Assembly: GCA_036507075.1 (NCBI GenBank)
Contig: DASXQR010000167.1
Span: 1 to 64,000 of the forward strand
Direction: 5' to 3'
Length of the DNA stretch: 64,000 bases
Source of the DNA: Acidobacteriota bacterium
GTDB lineage: Bacteria; Acidobacteriota; UBA6911; JACQSX01
The notes under the pieces are model-generated. The model ran no database searches. It saw only the letters and a list, made by a program, of their open reading frames with translations, and was not told where the DNA came from. This document shows, piece after piece, positions 17,922 through 28,407 of the stretch. Position numbers and translations under genes: made by a program. Position 1 is the first letter of the stretch; every line of letters starts with the position of its first letter.

Positions 17922-18976
17922 ATCACCGAAAGAACATCCGGCCGACACTGATGGCGGTTTTGATACTCGTCGCTGCTTCATTCTCGCCGCTTGCGGCGGC
18001 AGGCGAACAGGTAATGAGGCTTTCGGATTTTTCCTTCCTGGCCGGCAGATGGTCCGGCCAGATAAAGGCCGGCAAAGTCGAACAGGAATGGTCAACGGCG
18101 CAGGCAGGCCTGATGATGGGGATGTTTCACCTGTACGACAACGACAAGACTCTGGTCCTTGAGTTCATGTCCTTGAGGCAGACACCGGAGAGCGTTGTAT
18201 TGCACCTGCGCCATTTCAGCCCGGACCTGAAAACTTTGCAAAAAGACGACGCCATCCAGCTTCGCGGCATCAAGCGCGAGGATGACAGTTTTTTCTTTGA
18301 AAACCCCGTGCACAACAGCCCGAAACGCAGCACCATAAAGCGCCTCGGGAAGGACCATCTTCTCAATCGGGCTGAAATTATCCGTGATGACGGATCTGTC
18401 AATGTCATCGAAGTCGAACTGCGACGAATCCTGTCCGAGAGCCAATCTTTGCCGACGGATGTAGTCAATACCTCGTATGTGACGCCCGCCGCGGAGAGAG
18501 TGCTTCGTCACGAAGTGATTGTTAACACTACGTTGGAAGATGCCTGGAAGGCGCTGACAACTTCGGAAGGGCTAAAGTCTTTTATGGCTCCTACAGCCGA
18601 AGTGGAGTTGAGAGAAGGCGGAAAATTTCACTCCAACTATACGGTCGGAAGCAAGCTCGGTGATCCCGGCACGATCTATAATCAAGTCTTAAGCTTCATT
18701 CCTATGAAGATGTTTTCCATCAAGATCGGCCTGACCGATCAATTCCCCGCCGAGCCGCGCCAGGCAGGAACACTCTTCGCGGTTCTTGAATTCGAAGATC
18801 TGGGAAACAACAAGGTAAGGGTTATCGAGTCCATGATCGGCTGGAAGACGGGCCCTGACTGGGACAAGACCTATGAGTTTTTCAATCGGGGCAACGCGTA
18901 CACATTGAAAAAGCTGCAGCAACGATTCGTGGAAGGACCTGTGAACTGGAATAAAGCGGGGGCGCCCAAGAAATAA
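17918..18976 (+). CDS. exported DUF6265-like + SRPBCC/AHSA1-like two-domain protein
   Basis: Signal peptide; FLAGRWSG...EQEWS...G.MMGMF...FENP; then EVIVN...EDAWKALTTSEGLKSF...EVELREGG. Confidence 0.72.
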   Translation: MNHRKNIRPTLMAVLILVAASFSPLAAAGEQVMRLSDFSFLAGRWSGQIKAGKVEQEWSTAQAGLMMGMFHLYDNDKTLVLEFMSLRQTPESVVLHLRHFSPDLKTLQKDDAIQLRGIKREDDSFFFENPVHNSPKRSTIKRLGKDHLLNRAEIIRDDGSVNVIEVELRRILSESQSLPTDVVNTSYVTPAAERVLRHEVIVNTTLEDAWKALTTSEGLKSFMAPTAEVELREGGKFHSNYTVGSKLGDPGTIYNQVLSFIPMKMFSIKIGLTDQFPAEPRQAGTLFAVLEFEDLGNNKVRVIESMIGWKTGPDWDKTYEFFNRGNAYTLKKLQQRFVEGPVNWNKAGAPKK

Positions 18977-19184
18977 GGGCGCATCCTAAGGCGGATCAAT
19001 CACAAGTATTCATCGCAGTCGCATCTCAGCAATCCACCCGTTGTCGCCGGCCGCCGGCTGCCGCCGATTGCGAGGTCGTACTCCGCTTTAAGCAGATGCA
19101 CATCCGGCCGCAGCCGCCGGTCCAGGGCCTTCGCGGCGCCCGGATGGCCCGTCGGCGCGGCGCGCACGAGACGAAACCGGAATC

Positions 19185-20093
19185 CTACTTCTCCGGCTTC
19201 AGGAACGTCCCCTGCCTGAGTTGCTCGAAGGCTTGGCGCAGTTGCTCCTGCGTGTTCATCACGATCGGGCCGTACCACGCTACGGGCTCCTGGAGTGGCT
19301 TACCCGAGACCAGCAGGAATCGGATCCCGTCGTCCCCGGCCTGTACCGAAACTTCGTCACCGCTGTCGAAAAGCACCAGCGACCGATTATCGGCTTCTTG
19401 CGGGGGCGCCGTATCCGACCAGCCGACCCCCTCAGTGGGTACGGCCAGAGGGCCTGAAGCGTTACAGAATTTCCCCGCGCCTGCAAAAACGTAAGCGAAG
19501 GCGTGGCGAGTGGTCTCAATCGGGAGCGTCTTTCGCTTGCCCGGCGGCACGGACACGTCAAGATATATCGGGTCGGCCGCGATCCCAACTACGGGACCGG
19601 TCTTTCCCCAGAAAGTTCCACAGACGACCCGGGCCTGGGTGCCATCGTCATCCGTTATGTGCGGGATTTCTGCGGCCTTGACCTCCTGATATCTGGGCGC
19701 GGTCATTTTGAGCGCCGACGGGAGGTTCGCCCATAATTGGAAGCCGTGCATCCGGCCCGCCTGGTCGCCTTTCGGCATCTCCTGATGGATGATCCCTCGC
19801 CCGGCCGTCATCCATTGGATGTCGCCGGTGGCGATGGCGCCGCGGTTCCCCATGCTGTCGCCGTGCTCGACCGTTCCCGCCAGGACGTAGGTGATCGTTT
19901 CAATGCCGCGGTGGGGATGCCACGGAAAACCGGCCAGGTAATCGTCCGGAATGTCGTTGCGGAAATCGTCGAGAAGAAGGAATGGGTCAAAGTCGGACGT
20001 GTTGCCGAAGCCGAAAGCGCGCCTGAGGTGGACGCCCGCGCCTTCGAGAGTCGGCTTTGCCTTGATCAGTCGTTTGACCGGTCGGATCGACAC
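19185..20093 (-). CDS. pirin family protein
   Basis: DPFLLLD, GFPWHPHRGIETITY, IQWMTAGRGIIHQEMP, EPVAWYGPIVMNT. Confidence 0.96.
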   Translation of the reverse strand: MSIRPVKRLIKAKPTLEGAGVHLRRAFGFGNTSDFDPFLLLDDFRNDIPDDYLAGFPWHPHRGIETITYVLAGTVEHGDSMGNRGAIATGDIQWMTAGRGIIHQEMPKGDQAGRMHGFQLWANLPSALKMTAPRYQEVKAAEIPHITDDDGTQARVVCGTFWGKTGPVVGIAADPIYLDVSVPPGKRKTLPIETTRHAFAYVFAGAGKFCNASGPLAVPTEGVGWSDTAPPQEADNRSLVLFDSGDEVSVQAGDDGIRFLLVSGKPLQEPVAWYGPIVMNTQEQLRQAFEQLRQGTFLKPEK

Positions 20094-20133
20094 GTTAACC
20101 TCCAGGGTTGAGATCTAATCCTACAATATTATA

Positions 20134-20489
20134 AGGACTTCACCACAGAGGCACAGCCCGGCAGAGCCGCAACCAAACGCGTCATCGGTCATTGGTCATT
20201 ATTGGTCATTAGTTGAAAGAATCTTGCTAAAAAACAAGAAATCGCGAACAGGTTGCAGAGCGCAGCAGAGCTGCAACCAAAAGGCAGAAGCTGTCCGATG
20301 TCAGCCCGCTTTCAGCGGGCTTTTTGCTTTTCGGTTAGCCCCGGCTTTCAAGCCGGGGTAGCCGACATGGGAAAGCTTTCAACAATCACCTCCTCAAGAC
20401 ACCGAGACAAACTACGTACCGGAGATATGCTGATCACTGGAAATTAAAAAGTTGCCTCTGTGTCCTCTGTGCCTCCGTGGTGAAGTCCT
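20134..20489. mobile_element. MITE-like element with 23-bp terminal inverted repeats and nested repeats
   Basis: AGGACTTCACCACAGAGGCACAG (20134-20156) versus the reverse complement of 20467-20489, one mismatch; internal hairpins AGCCCGC/GCGGGCT and CCCCGGCT/AGCCGGGG. Confidence 0.7.
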
Positions 20490-21426
20490 ATTCAGCAGCC
20501 GGCTGGTGCAATCTGGACCGAGAATGAGAGCGCTCATGGGGCCGACGGCCGCCAGGTCGCCTGGTCTCGGTGACCGCTGCGTCTAATCGTGCCCCGAGCG
20601 CGGCGAAGGCGGGCGTGGGGCCCTTCCATCGCAGTTGGTCCACGTCGTCGAAAAGCGCGATGTCGGTCCGGAGGGTGGCGAGCGTTCGGAACAGCAGCGC
20701 GCGCTCGCGCTCGCGCTCGAGCTTGTGGGCGAGGGCACTCGGGTTGACGACGTTCACGCGCCACTCGCGCCAGTCCGTGGGGATGGATTCGAGATGGGCA
20801 AACCTGGCGAGAACAGCAGCCGACGACTTCGCTCCCCAGCCTGACAGGCCCGGATAGCCGTCGGACGCATCGCCGACCAGCGCGAGGTAGTCGGGTATCG
20901 ACGCCGGCGAGACGCCGAATTTTTGGATCACGCCGGATTCATCGCGCGTGACGCGCGTCCGACGATTCAGTTGGACAATGCGAGTGCCGCGCACGCATTG
21001 CGCGAGGTCCTTGTCCGGCGTGCAGATAATCACCCGTTCGACTCGCGAGTCACGAGCCGCCGCCATCGCCGCGGCAGCGAGCGCATCGTCCGCCTCGAAC
21101 TCAACCATCGGCCAGACGACGATGCCGGCCGCCGAAAGGGCGTCTTCGAGCAGTGAGAACTGCGCCAGCAGGTCGGGTTCGACGCCTGCGCTGGTTTTGT
21201 AGCCTGGCCACAGTCCATTGCGGAACGACTCGATGACGTGATCGGTCGCAGCGGCGAGGTGCGTGGCACCGTCGCTGATCATGCCCAGCACCGATGCGAG
21301 TACGCCTCGGACCGCGGCGACCTCGCAACCGTCCTGATCCCGTGCGGATGGCAGCGCGTAGTAATGCCGGAACAACTCGTATGTGCCGTCGACCAGATGA
21401 ACGTCCAGGGAGCGCCTCCAGCACAA
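20488..21426 (-). CDS. stand-alone 5'-3' exonuclease / flap endonuclease-like protein
   Basis: HLVDGTYELFR, EFEADDALA, ICTPDKDLAQ, H3TH motif DYLALVGDASDGYPG..GWGAKS; the true start may be the CTG at 21408 after GGAGG. Confidence 0.9.
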   Translation of the reverse strand: MCWRRSLDVHLVDGTYELFRHYYALPSARDQDGCEVAAVRGVLASVLGMISDGATHLAAATDHVIESFRNGLWPGYKTSAGVEPDLLAQFSLLEDALSAAGIVVWPMVEFEADDALAAAAMAAARDSRVERVIICTPDKDLAQCVRGTRIVQLNRRTRVTRDESGVIQKFGVSPASIPDYLALVGDASDGYPGLSGWGAKSSAAVLARFAHLESIPTDWREWRVNVVNPSALAHKLERERERALLFRTLATLRTDIALFDDVDQLRWKGPTPAFAALGARLDAAVTETRRPGGRRPHERSHSRSRLHQPAAE

Positions 21427-21451
21427 CCTTATAGGACCGGCGTCGTCTTAA

Positions 21452-21790
21452 TCAACTGGGCAGGCAGGATCCGTCCATCGCCCGGCCTGGCGCCACAGAG
21501 TAGTCGTTCGCGGCGTGAAGGAGCATGACGGGAACGGTTGTCTTGCGAACCGCCGTCAACAGACGCTCGCGTGTTTCGGACGAGCCTTCCCAAGAACCAG
21601 CAGCGGCGCCGAAAGTCACCGCGGCTCGTAGGCTGCTGTCGCGCTCGGCGGCGAGAAGGGTGAGCTGACCACCAAATGAGTGCCCTGCGACTGCAATGCG
21701 GTGAGCGTCGACTTCGCGCAGGCCTTTCAGGAACGATAAACCTGCGCTCACATCGTCGAGGTGATCCGTCGTCAGCAAGACGAACTGCAA
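21452..21790 (-). pseudogene. dienelactone hydrolase / alpha-beta hydrolase internal fragment
   Basis: VD..RIAVAGHSFGG nucleophile motif and PV.L.HA.ND; both ends missing. Confidence 0.75.
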
Positions 21791-21807
21791 GTGCTTACGA
21801 TTTGATA

Positions 21808-22149
21808 ATGCTCGGCATCACCGAACTACAAAACCGCTACGTCCGAACCGTCATCAAAAATGCAGCACAAGTAGCGGATAACATGAATAAGACTTCACGA
21901 CGATTCAGTCTTCTTGCTCTTCTAATATCCATCGCAGCACTCGGCGTCTCTTGGAATAGTAATCGATCAACCACTTATTGGATGAAGAATCAGTTGTCTA
22001 TCCTTCAGCAAGCAATCAAAAATCAGGAACAAATCCGAACCTCCCTGATTCAACAAAACCAGATTCAAAGCAATATCCTCAGCCAACTCGAAAAACTCAA
22101 CTCGTCAAATCAACGGCGGGAAACTGCCGATCAGCCACGAAAGCGTTAG
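21808..22149 (+). CDS. AT-rich hypothetical single-TM, Gln-rich coiled-coil protein (possibly a fragment)
   Basis: One TM segment followed by a Q/N-rich helix; composition differs from the flanks. Confidence 0.4.
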   Translation: MLGITELQNRYVRTVIKNAAQVADNMNKTSRRFSLLALLISIAALGVSWNSNRSTTYWMKNQLSILQQAIKNQEQIRTSLIQQNQIQSNILSQLEKLNSSNQRRETADQPRKR

Positions 22150-22306
22150 CGGCTGTTTCCATGCAGGCGCAGCTCATCAACCGAAAATACCAACTTCATC
22201 TCGGCAAATGAACATGCTCTCGAATGGAATCGTCTCTAAAAAACAACCAGCGTTAGCAAGCCAGTCCTGAACCAAAATCTCAAAGTGAAACGTGAACCGG
22301 AGAGTG

Positions 22307-24292
22307 TTAGTGGGGCTTCGCCGGTGTGATTTCAAGGTATGTTTGACTGACTCTTGCCGGCTCGGCAAGCGCGGCCAGCCCATCCAAATCAAACTCCTTG
22401 TAGAGGTCAAGACAAAAAAGGTCAGGGGCGGATCGGTAGTCGACCGGGGCATCCAAAAGATGGCTGAAACTCGGCATTCCGCTGCGAATCAGCACTTCGG
22501 AAAATGATGCTGGTTCGAGGGCTGCTGCAACAAGCGCTGTCACCTGGCTGCGTATTCCTGTGCCTTCGAGACGTACACGCTGCGCTGCGGAAACCCCCGA
22601 GATCCAGCGTGCGATCCCGATCAGTTGTGCCGCTTCGATACCGACAGGACGGTCGCCCGTCGTTGCCAACAGTTGTGCGAAACCCGAAGGCCGCGGGTTC
22701 TCAGGCGAACCATCGCCCGTGAATAACAGGTCCACTGCCAGAACCTGCTCGCCTCGATTCACCCGTTCTGAGACCTCAACTCGCGTCGACTTCTTGCCAA
22801 GGTCATGGAGGATAATCGTGATCGGAGCATTATCCAAACTCGTAGTCGCTCTAAACCAAACGCCAGTTCCGCTGAGGCCGTTGTTGAAGTCAAACAGGTA
22901 GGACCGCGTTTCCAATCCCTTATTTCTGGTATTCGCAATTGCCCATGCGTGCTTCACGCTGGCTGGATTGTAACGAACCAGGTTCTTGAGCTTCGCTCTT
23001 TCTGTTGCAGCCCATCCAGCTCGCGCCGGTGCGGCTGAAGGCGGGGGTTGATGCTTAATCTCACGAGCAAACTTCCTGGCCAAACCGAGAATGGTCAGGT
23101 TATCTTTTGGCAGGCCCACCACAAGCTCCTCATAGCTTTTTACTTCAGAATCAACAGCGATCTCGCCTTCAGCTACCGGGAGATTGAAATATCTGCTGAA
23201 AAACCGGTATGACTGCTGCCGATTGTCGAGCTGATAATTGTGGGTTGAGGGGTCCGTGTTTTCATGCCACGCAAAGACGTTCTCGGCGCCAAACAACCTG
23301 AAAAAGGCTTTCACCTCATCGAATATATACGGTTTGACCAGCGGAGCTCGGAAGCAGCATTCATCCTCAGCGTTGTAAATCAGGAGAGTTGGGCGAGGCG
23401 CTCGCATTGCTGTCAGGTGGGGATAATCCAAATCGACGACCAGGTCTGTAGCGTTCTGCTCGATATCGCCAATGTCTTGCGGGCGCTCGATTCTGGAAAC
23501 AGCGGAGGAATATCCGGCTACGGGAATTGCAACTGTCACTCTCTCGTCGAGAGAGCTTAGCAGGATGGTCTGCCATCCGCCGCCGGACAGGCCGGTCACT
23601 CCCAGCCGGCTGCGGTCAACTTTCGGATGCTCAGCGAGGAAATCAAGGCCCCTGCGCATGGCCAGGTAAAATAGTCCCACTGCGTTTGCGCCAACCAGGT
23701 CAAGGTGTGCGCCAAACCAGTGACTGTTCTCCGGGTGGCTGAGTTCACCGAAGCCGATCCATTCCAGATTCAGGGCCAGAATACCCCGCCTGGCATAATT
23801 GATGCACCGCTTCTGCTTGTATTCGATCGCCTTTCCCACCGGACCCACATGTCCATTTACGTTCAAGATCGCCGGTACTTTCCCACTGAGATTGTCCGGC
23901 TCATAGAGAATGGCGGTCGCTTGAAAGCCGGGTACAATCTCGTACCGCAGCCTGCGCATTCGATATCCTTTTCCTGGTTCAAACACTCCCTGATCTTCGA
24001 ATTTAGGCGGCGCATTGACCCATTCCGCGGGCCATCCATGAAAGATCACGTCGGCGAGCAAATGTTTCCGCAACCGCGTCGCTTCAGCCGTCCAATGCGG
24101 GGCATTTGTGGGAGCAGGTAGTTTAGGAATCCGCTCCAACAAGTACTGCTGCAACTGGAATCTGGCGACGTCGGCTGTCTGGATCTGGCGCTCCAGGATG
24201 GAACCCACCTGTTCCGGCGTACTTTGACCGCTGGCAAGACCTGATGACAGCAACAGGAAAATCAACACTATTCTCGGCCTCATAGTCTTCAC
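22307..24292 (-). CDS. exported acetylxylan esterase-like alpha/beta hydrolase
   Basis: Signal peptide; PAIL..NGH; RGLDFL..HP.VD.SRLGVTGLSGGGWQT; APRP.L; HNY. Confidence 0.85.
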   Translation of the reverse strand: MKTMRPRIVLIFLLLSSGLASGQSTPEQVGSILERQIQTADVARFQLQQYLLERIPKLPAPTNAPHWTAEATRLRKHLLADVIFHGWPAEWVNAPPKFEDQGVFEPGKGYRMRRLRYEIVPGFQATAILYEPDNLSGKVPAILNVNGHVGPVGKAIEYKQKRCINYARRGILALNLEWIGFGELSHPENSHWFGAHLDLVGANAVGLFYLAMRRGLDFLAEHPKVDRSRLGVTGLSGGGWQTILLSSLDERVTVAIPVAGYSSAVSRIERPQDIGDIEQNATDLVVDLDYPHLTAMRAPRPTLLIYNAEDECCFRAPLVKPYIFDEVKAFFRLFGAENVFAWHENTDPSTHNYQLDNRQQSYRFFSRYFNLPVAEGEIAVDSEVKSYEELVVGLPKDNLTILGLARKFAREIKHQPPPSAAPARAGWAATERAKLKNLVRYNPASVKHAWAIANTRNKGLETRSYLFDFNNGLSGTGVWFRATTSLDNAPITIILHDLGKKSTRVEVSERVNRGEQVLAVDLLFTGDGSPENPRPSGFAQLLATTGDRPVGIEAAQLIGIARWISGVSAAQRVRLEGTGIRSQVTALVAAALEPASFSEVLIRSGMPSFSHLLDAPVDYRSAPDLFCLDLYKEFDLDGLAALAEPARVSQTYLEITPAKPH

Positions 24293-27200
24293 TTCCTCGG
24301 GCCGCCGGCGATTATGTGCGGCAGGTTCTGCCTGCGCAGCAGATCGTTGAACGCGGCCAGATCTCCGCTCAACAGTCCATTCAGCTCGGTCTGATGGCTC
24401 CGTAACCGGTCTTTCATCAGTTTGTGAACTTCCAGTTGCTGCGCTGTCGGCCTGAAGTCGCCGCCGGCCAGGCCGTTGGCGAGGTACAGAATCTTTCCAT
24501 AGAGCTTCGCACCCCAGCGAACGTTGTCCTGTCCACGCCCCGTCGCCCTCAACTCGACCAGGTTCCCTTCAAGAGCAATGAACTTCTGCTCGAGCAGGTC
24601 GGCGGCCTGCCTGATCTCGGCGTCGCCGTCGATGAGGCGTGCCAGCGCCTGGAGCTGGCTGCGCACGAGCTCGATCTGATTGATCACATCGGCGGCGCTC
24701 TCCAGGTCGGTGCGCAGGTCAAACAACATCTTCATCTGCTCCTGAATCTCCGCCTCAGTCCCGCCCGACTGCGGATCCTTCCGAACTGCGAGCGGCTGGG
24801 TGAGCTCCCGTCCAGCGGACGCCAGCTTGACCGTGTAGTTTCCCGGCGGCGCGAGAATTGTGAGGCGGCCGCCCCCCGGCCGCCACCCTTCCGGTCCCAC
24901 TCGAATGTCCGGTGCATAGAGGGGACTGGTGCGCAGGCGAACCTCCTTTGTCGGTCCGTAGCGCAAATCCCATGCAATCCGGTTCAGGCCTGCCCGCTTG
25001 GTCGCGTTGAGTGTGCGAACCACCTGTCCTTTTTGATCCAGGATCGTGACCGTCACGTCACCACTGGGCACGGATTTAAGGTAGTAGTTGATCGATGCGC
25101 CATACGGAGGATCCTGTCCGGCAGTCGGATCATTCGCCGGTCCGTAGGACGGCGTGATGTCGCGGAAACGGTAGGCCGCGCGCGGCGGGAACAGATGCGT
25201 GTCCGCGCTCAACAACTGCGGGGTCAACTGCTGAAGGGGCGTGAGGTCGTCCAGGATCCAGAAGCCGCGTCCATAGGTGGCGACCACCAGGTCGTTGAAA
25301 TGCTCCTGAATGGTCAGCCAATATGCCGGCGCATGCGGCAGGTTTGTCTGCAGCGGCTGCCAATTCTCACCGTCATCGAACGAGACATAGACCGAGTTCT
25401 CGGTACCCAGGTACAACAAACCGCGGCGCACCGGGTCCTCGCGGAGGCAATGCGCGTAGCTCAGCATGCTGCGAGGGATGCCGTTGGTGATCGCCTTCCA
25501 CGTCATCCCGTAATCGGTAGTCTTGTAGACGAACGGATCGCGATTATTCACCTGATGGAGATCCACAGTGACGTACGCCGCCCCGGCGTCATAGCGTGAC
25601 GGCTCGATGTTTCCGACCGTGCCCCACGGCGGCAGAGCAGGAATGTTCTTCGTGACGCTGGTCCACGTCTTGCCGGCGTCGCGGGTGAGCTGCACCTGGC
25701 CGTCGTTGGTGCCCACCCAGATGAGACCCTTCTCGCGCGGCGACTCGGCGATCGCCATTACAGCGAACGCGTACTCGACTCCGATGTTATCGGGCGTCAG
25801 CCCACCGGAACTCTGCTGCCGGCTCTTGTCGTTGGTCGAGAGATCCGGACTGATCACCTCCCAGCTCTGGCCGCCATTAGTCGTCCTGTGCACGTGCTGG
25901 CTGCCGACGTAGATCGTATTCCGGTCGTGGGGTGAGATGTGGAGCGGCATGGTCCAATTGAAGCGGTACTTAAGATTAGCCGGAACACCATTGGCCTGGT
26001 CGGGCCAGACTTCCACGTTGCGGCCCTGCCGGCGGTTTTCCTCGTAGCGCACCACAATGCCGCCGACGGTCCCCGACCCGGAGGCGCTCGACCAGATGAT
26101 GTTCGGATCGACCGGATCGGGCGTTGCCCAGCCGCTCTCTCCGCCGGCTACGCCGTGCCAGAGCGCGCGTGAAATGCGCCCGCCAATACCGCCGTCGAAA
26201 CCGCCCAGCCGGCTGTTGCTCGGCCCGCGGTACGACGGCCCGTCCTGCTTGTTGCCATAGACGTGGTATGGAATCTGATTATCGACGGTCACGTGATACA
26301 TCTGCGCGTTGGGCAGCCGGATGCGATTCCACGTGCGCCCGCGATTCAGGGAAATCGATACGCCGCCGTCATTGCCGATCACTTGGCGGTCCGGATTGGT
26401 TGGGTCGATCCACATGTCGTGGTTGTCGCCCCCGGGACTCGACCCGAAATCCGCTGCCTTCAGTGTCTCGCCCCCATCAAGCGAAATGCTGTACGAAGCG
26501 GTGAGCGAGTACGTCTCGTTCTCATTGTCCGGCGCGACTTCGATGTGAGAATAATAGTGCGCGCGTCCCATGTGGTTGCGATCCGAGCTCACCAGCCGCC
26601 AGCGCTCTCCACCATCATCGGATCGCCACAACTGGCCCTTTTCTGCCTCCTGGCCTTTCCATGGCAATCCGTCGCCGGTTTCGATGAGCGCATAGACGCG
26701 GTCCGGATTGGAGCGCGCGATCGCCATCGCAACTTTGCCGACCGGCTTGGACGGCAGACCCCGGCCCGTCAGCCGCTGCCATGTAGCGCCGCCGTCTTTC
26801 GAAACGAACAGGCCGCTGCCCGGCCCGCCGCTCTCGCGTCCCCAGGTTTTTATTTCCAGCTGCCACATGCCGGCAAAAAGCCTGCGCGGGTTGCCCGGGT
26901 CCATCTCGAGATCCGAGCAGCCGGTACTCTCGTCGACAAAAAGCGTCCGCTCCCAGGTCTTGCCGCCGTCGGTCGTGCGGAAAACACCCCGCTCCTGCTG
27001 CGGCCCGTACGCGTGTCCGAGCGCGCAGGCGACGACATTGTCGGGATTGCGGGGATCGATGACGATTTTGCCGATGCGGCCTGTATTCTCGAGCCCCATG
27101 CGCGTCCACGTGCGCCCGGCATCCGTTGATTTGAAAATGCCCGCACCCACTGAGATGTGGCTGCGAATGCACGCTTCACCGGTACCCGCCCAGACGATGT

Positions 27201-27543
27201 TGGCATCGGAGGGCGCGAGCGCAATATCGCCGATCGACAAAACGGGCTGATCGTCGAAAATGGAATTCCAGTTCAAGCCTCCGTCGGTGGACTTGAAGAT
27301 GCCGCCCGACGCGGCTCCGGCATAGATGACCAGAGGATTGCCCGGCACGCCGGCTACGGCACTGACGCGATTTCCCTCGGGCCCGATATATCGCCAGCGA
27401 AGCTGGCTGTACACATCCGCTCCGATGCGCGGGCTCTGGCCCTGCGCGAAGACGCCGGCCAGTCCGATGACGACGAGCGGCATCAGCAGTAGACGGCGTT
27501 TGTTGCTCTCAAAATTATGGTGGATGACATTGCTTTCGGGCAT
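24289..27543 (-). CDS. BNR/Asp-box (VPS10-like) beta-propeller glycosyl hydrolase-like protein
   Basis: Repeated S.DGG.(T/N)W motifs; WRYIGPEGNRV; LVVATYGRGFWILDD; C-terminal helical domain. Confidence 0.9.
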   Translation of the reverse strand: MPESNVIHHNFESNKRRLLLMPLVVIGLAGVFAQGQSPRIGADVYSQLRWRYIGPEGNRVSAVAGVPGNPLVIYAGAASGGIFKSTDGGLNWNSIFDDQPVLSIGDIALAPSDANIVWAGTGEACIRSHISVGAGIFKSTDAGRTWTRMGLENTGRIGKIVIDPRNPDNVVACALGHAYGPQQERGVFRTTDGGKTWERTLFVDESTGCSDLEMDPGNPRRLFAGMWQLEIKTWGRESGGPGSGLFVSKDGGATWQRLTGRGLPSKPVGKVAMAIARSNPDRVYALIETGDGLPWKGQEAEKGQLWRSDDGGERWRLVSSDRNHMGRAHYYSHIEVAPDNENETYSLTASYSISLDGGETLKAADFGSSPGGDNHDMWIDPTNPDRQVIGNDGGVSISLNRGRTWNRIRLPNAQMYHVTVDNQIPYHVYGNKQDGPSYRGPSNSRLGGFDGGIGGRISRALWHGVAGGESGWATPDPVDPNIIWSSASGSGTVGGIVVRYEENRRQGRNVEVWPDQANGVPANLKYRFNWTMPLHISPHDRNTIYVGSQHVHRTTNGGQSWEVISPDLSTNDKSRQQSSGGLTPDNIGVEYAFAVMAIAESPREKGLIWVGTNDGQVQLTRDAGKTWTSVTKNIPALPPWGTVGNIEPSRYDAGAAYVTVDLHQVNNRDPFVYKTTDYGMTWKAITNGIPRSMLSYAHCLREDPVRRGLLYLGTENSVYVSFDDGENWQPLQTNLPHAPAYWLTIQEHFNDLVVATYGRGFWILDDLTPLQQLTPQLLSADTHLFPPRAAYRFRDITPSYGPANDPTAGQDPPYGASINYYLKSVPSGDVTVTILDQKGQVVRTLNATKRAGLNRIAWDLRYGPTKEVRLRTSPLYAPDIRVGPEGWRPGGGRLTILAPPGNYTVKLASAGRELTQPLAVRKDPQSGGTEAEIQEQMKMLFDLRTDLESAADVINQIELVRSQLQALARLIDGDAEIRQAADLLEQKFIALEGNLVELRATGRGQDNVRWGAKLYGKILYLANGLAGGDFRPTAQQLEVHKLMKDRLRSHQTELNGLLSGDLAAFNDLLRRQNLPHIIAGGPRK

Positions 27544-27875
27544 GACTCACCTCCCGGCAAGATTCCTTTATAAAAATCCGAGTAAGAATCTTTACACACA
27601 AAGACACAAAGGACACAAGAATTAGATTCGCAAGCCATGGTGCGTCAGGCGTGATGACGATATCGCCGGCTCAGGCTTCCAACCCAGGTTGTGAAAAGCG
27701 CGCAAGGTTCGGATTTCCCACAACGCCACTATCGGGAAGTGGATCGTTGCACCCCAGACGTGAGAAAGTGAGAAAAAATCAGTAGCGCGACCGTAAGGGA
27801 GCGCAGGGAGGATCAAGTTACCGGCAGTGATGTCCTTTTCCTGTCGCCAAACCCCGTTTGTTTGGACATTTGTAC

Positions 27876-27899
27876 CGACGCGGTATGCCGCGTCGCTAC
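27876..27899 (-). repeat. GTAG-type REP-like palindrome
   Basis: Minus strand GTAG-CGACGCGG-cata-CCGCGTCG. Confidence 0.55.
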
Positions 27900-27982
27900 G
27901 CGGGCGCAGCCAAACCGTTAGGGAAGCACGTCGCACGTCCAGGCTTCCGACATTTGACATCTCCCCGTCCTCATGTATATGA

Positions 27983-28002
27983 TGTGCCCACATATGGGCA
28001 CA
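27983..28002. promoter_or_regulatory. palindrome overlapping the padR start (candidate autoregulatory operator)
   Basis: TGTGCCCA-cata-TGGGCACA, perfect 8-bp arms. Confidence 0.55.
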
Positions 28003-28338
28003 GATGGGCTTAAACGTGAACTCAAGCGAGGCAGCACCGAGCTGCTGATCCTGGCGCTGCTCGAGGAACGTGACCGGCACGGCTATGATCTCGCGCGTTT
28101 GATCGAAGAGCGATCACACGGCGCAATCTCGTTTCACGCCGCCTCGCTTTATCCGACGCTCTACCGGATGGAAGAGAAGCGTCTCGTCGAGGGCCGTTGG
28201 GTCGAGAGGGCGGGGCAGCGGCGGCGGCGCTACTACAAGTTGACGGCGGCAGGAAGAAAGACGCTGGCCAGCCAGCGGAACGTGTGGGAGAACTTTTTCA
28301 ATGCTCTCAACCGCGTCGCCCGCATTCGTCATGCGTAG
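27994..28338 (+). CDS. PadR-family transcriptional regulator
   Basis: GSTELLILALL....HGY.L...I...SLYPTLYRME...RRRYYKLTAAGRK.L. Confidence 0.93.
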   Translation: MGTDGLKRELKRGSTELLILALLEERDRHGYDLARLIEERSHGAISFHAASLYPTLYRMEEKRLVEGRWVERAGQRRRRYYKLTAAGRKTLASQRNVWENFFNALNRVARIRHA

Positions 28339-28407
28339 GGCCGAACTGCCGCTCGATATTCGAGGCAGAAAAAGTCTGTCGACCTTCGACGCCGGTGGAG
28401 ATTATGT

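Noticed and set aside
24424..25599. 391-aa plus-strand ORF
   Set aside because: Antisense shadow of the BNR-repeat gene
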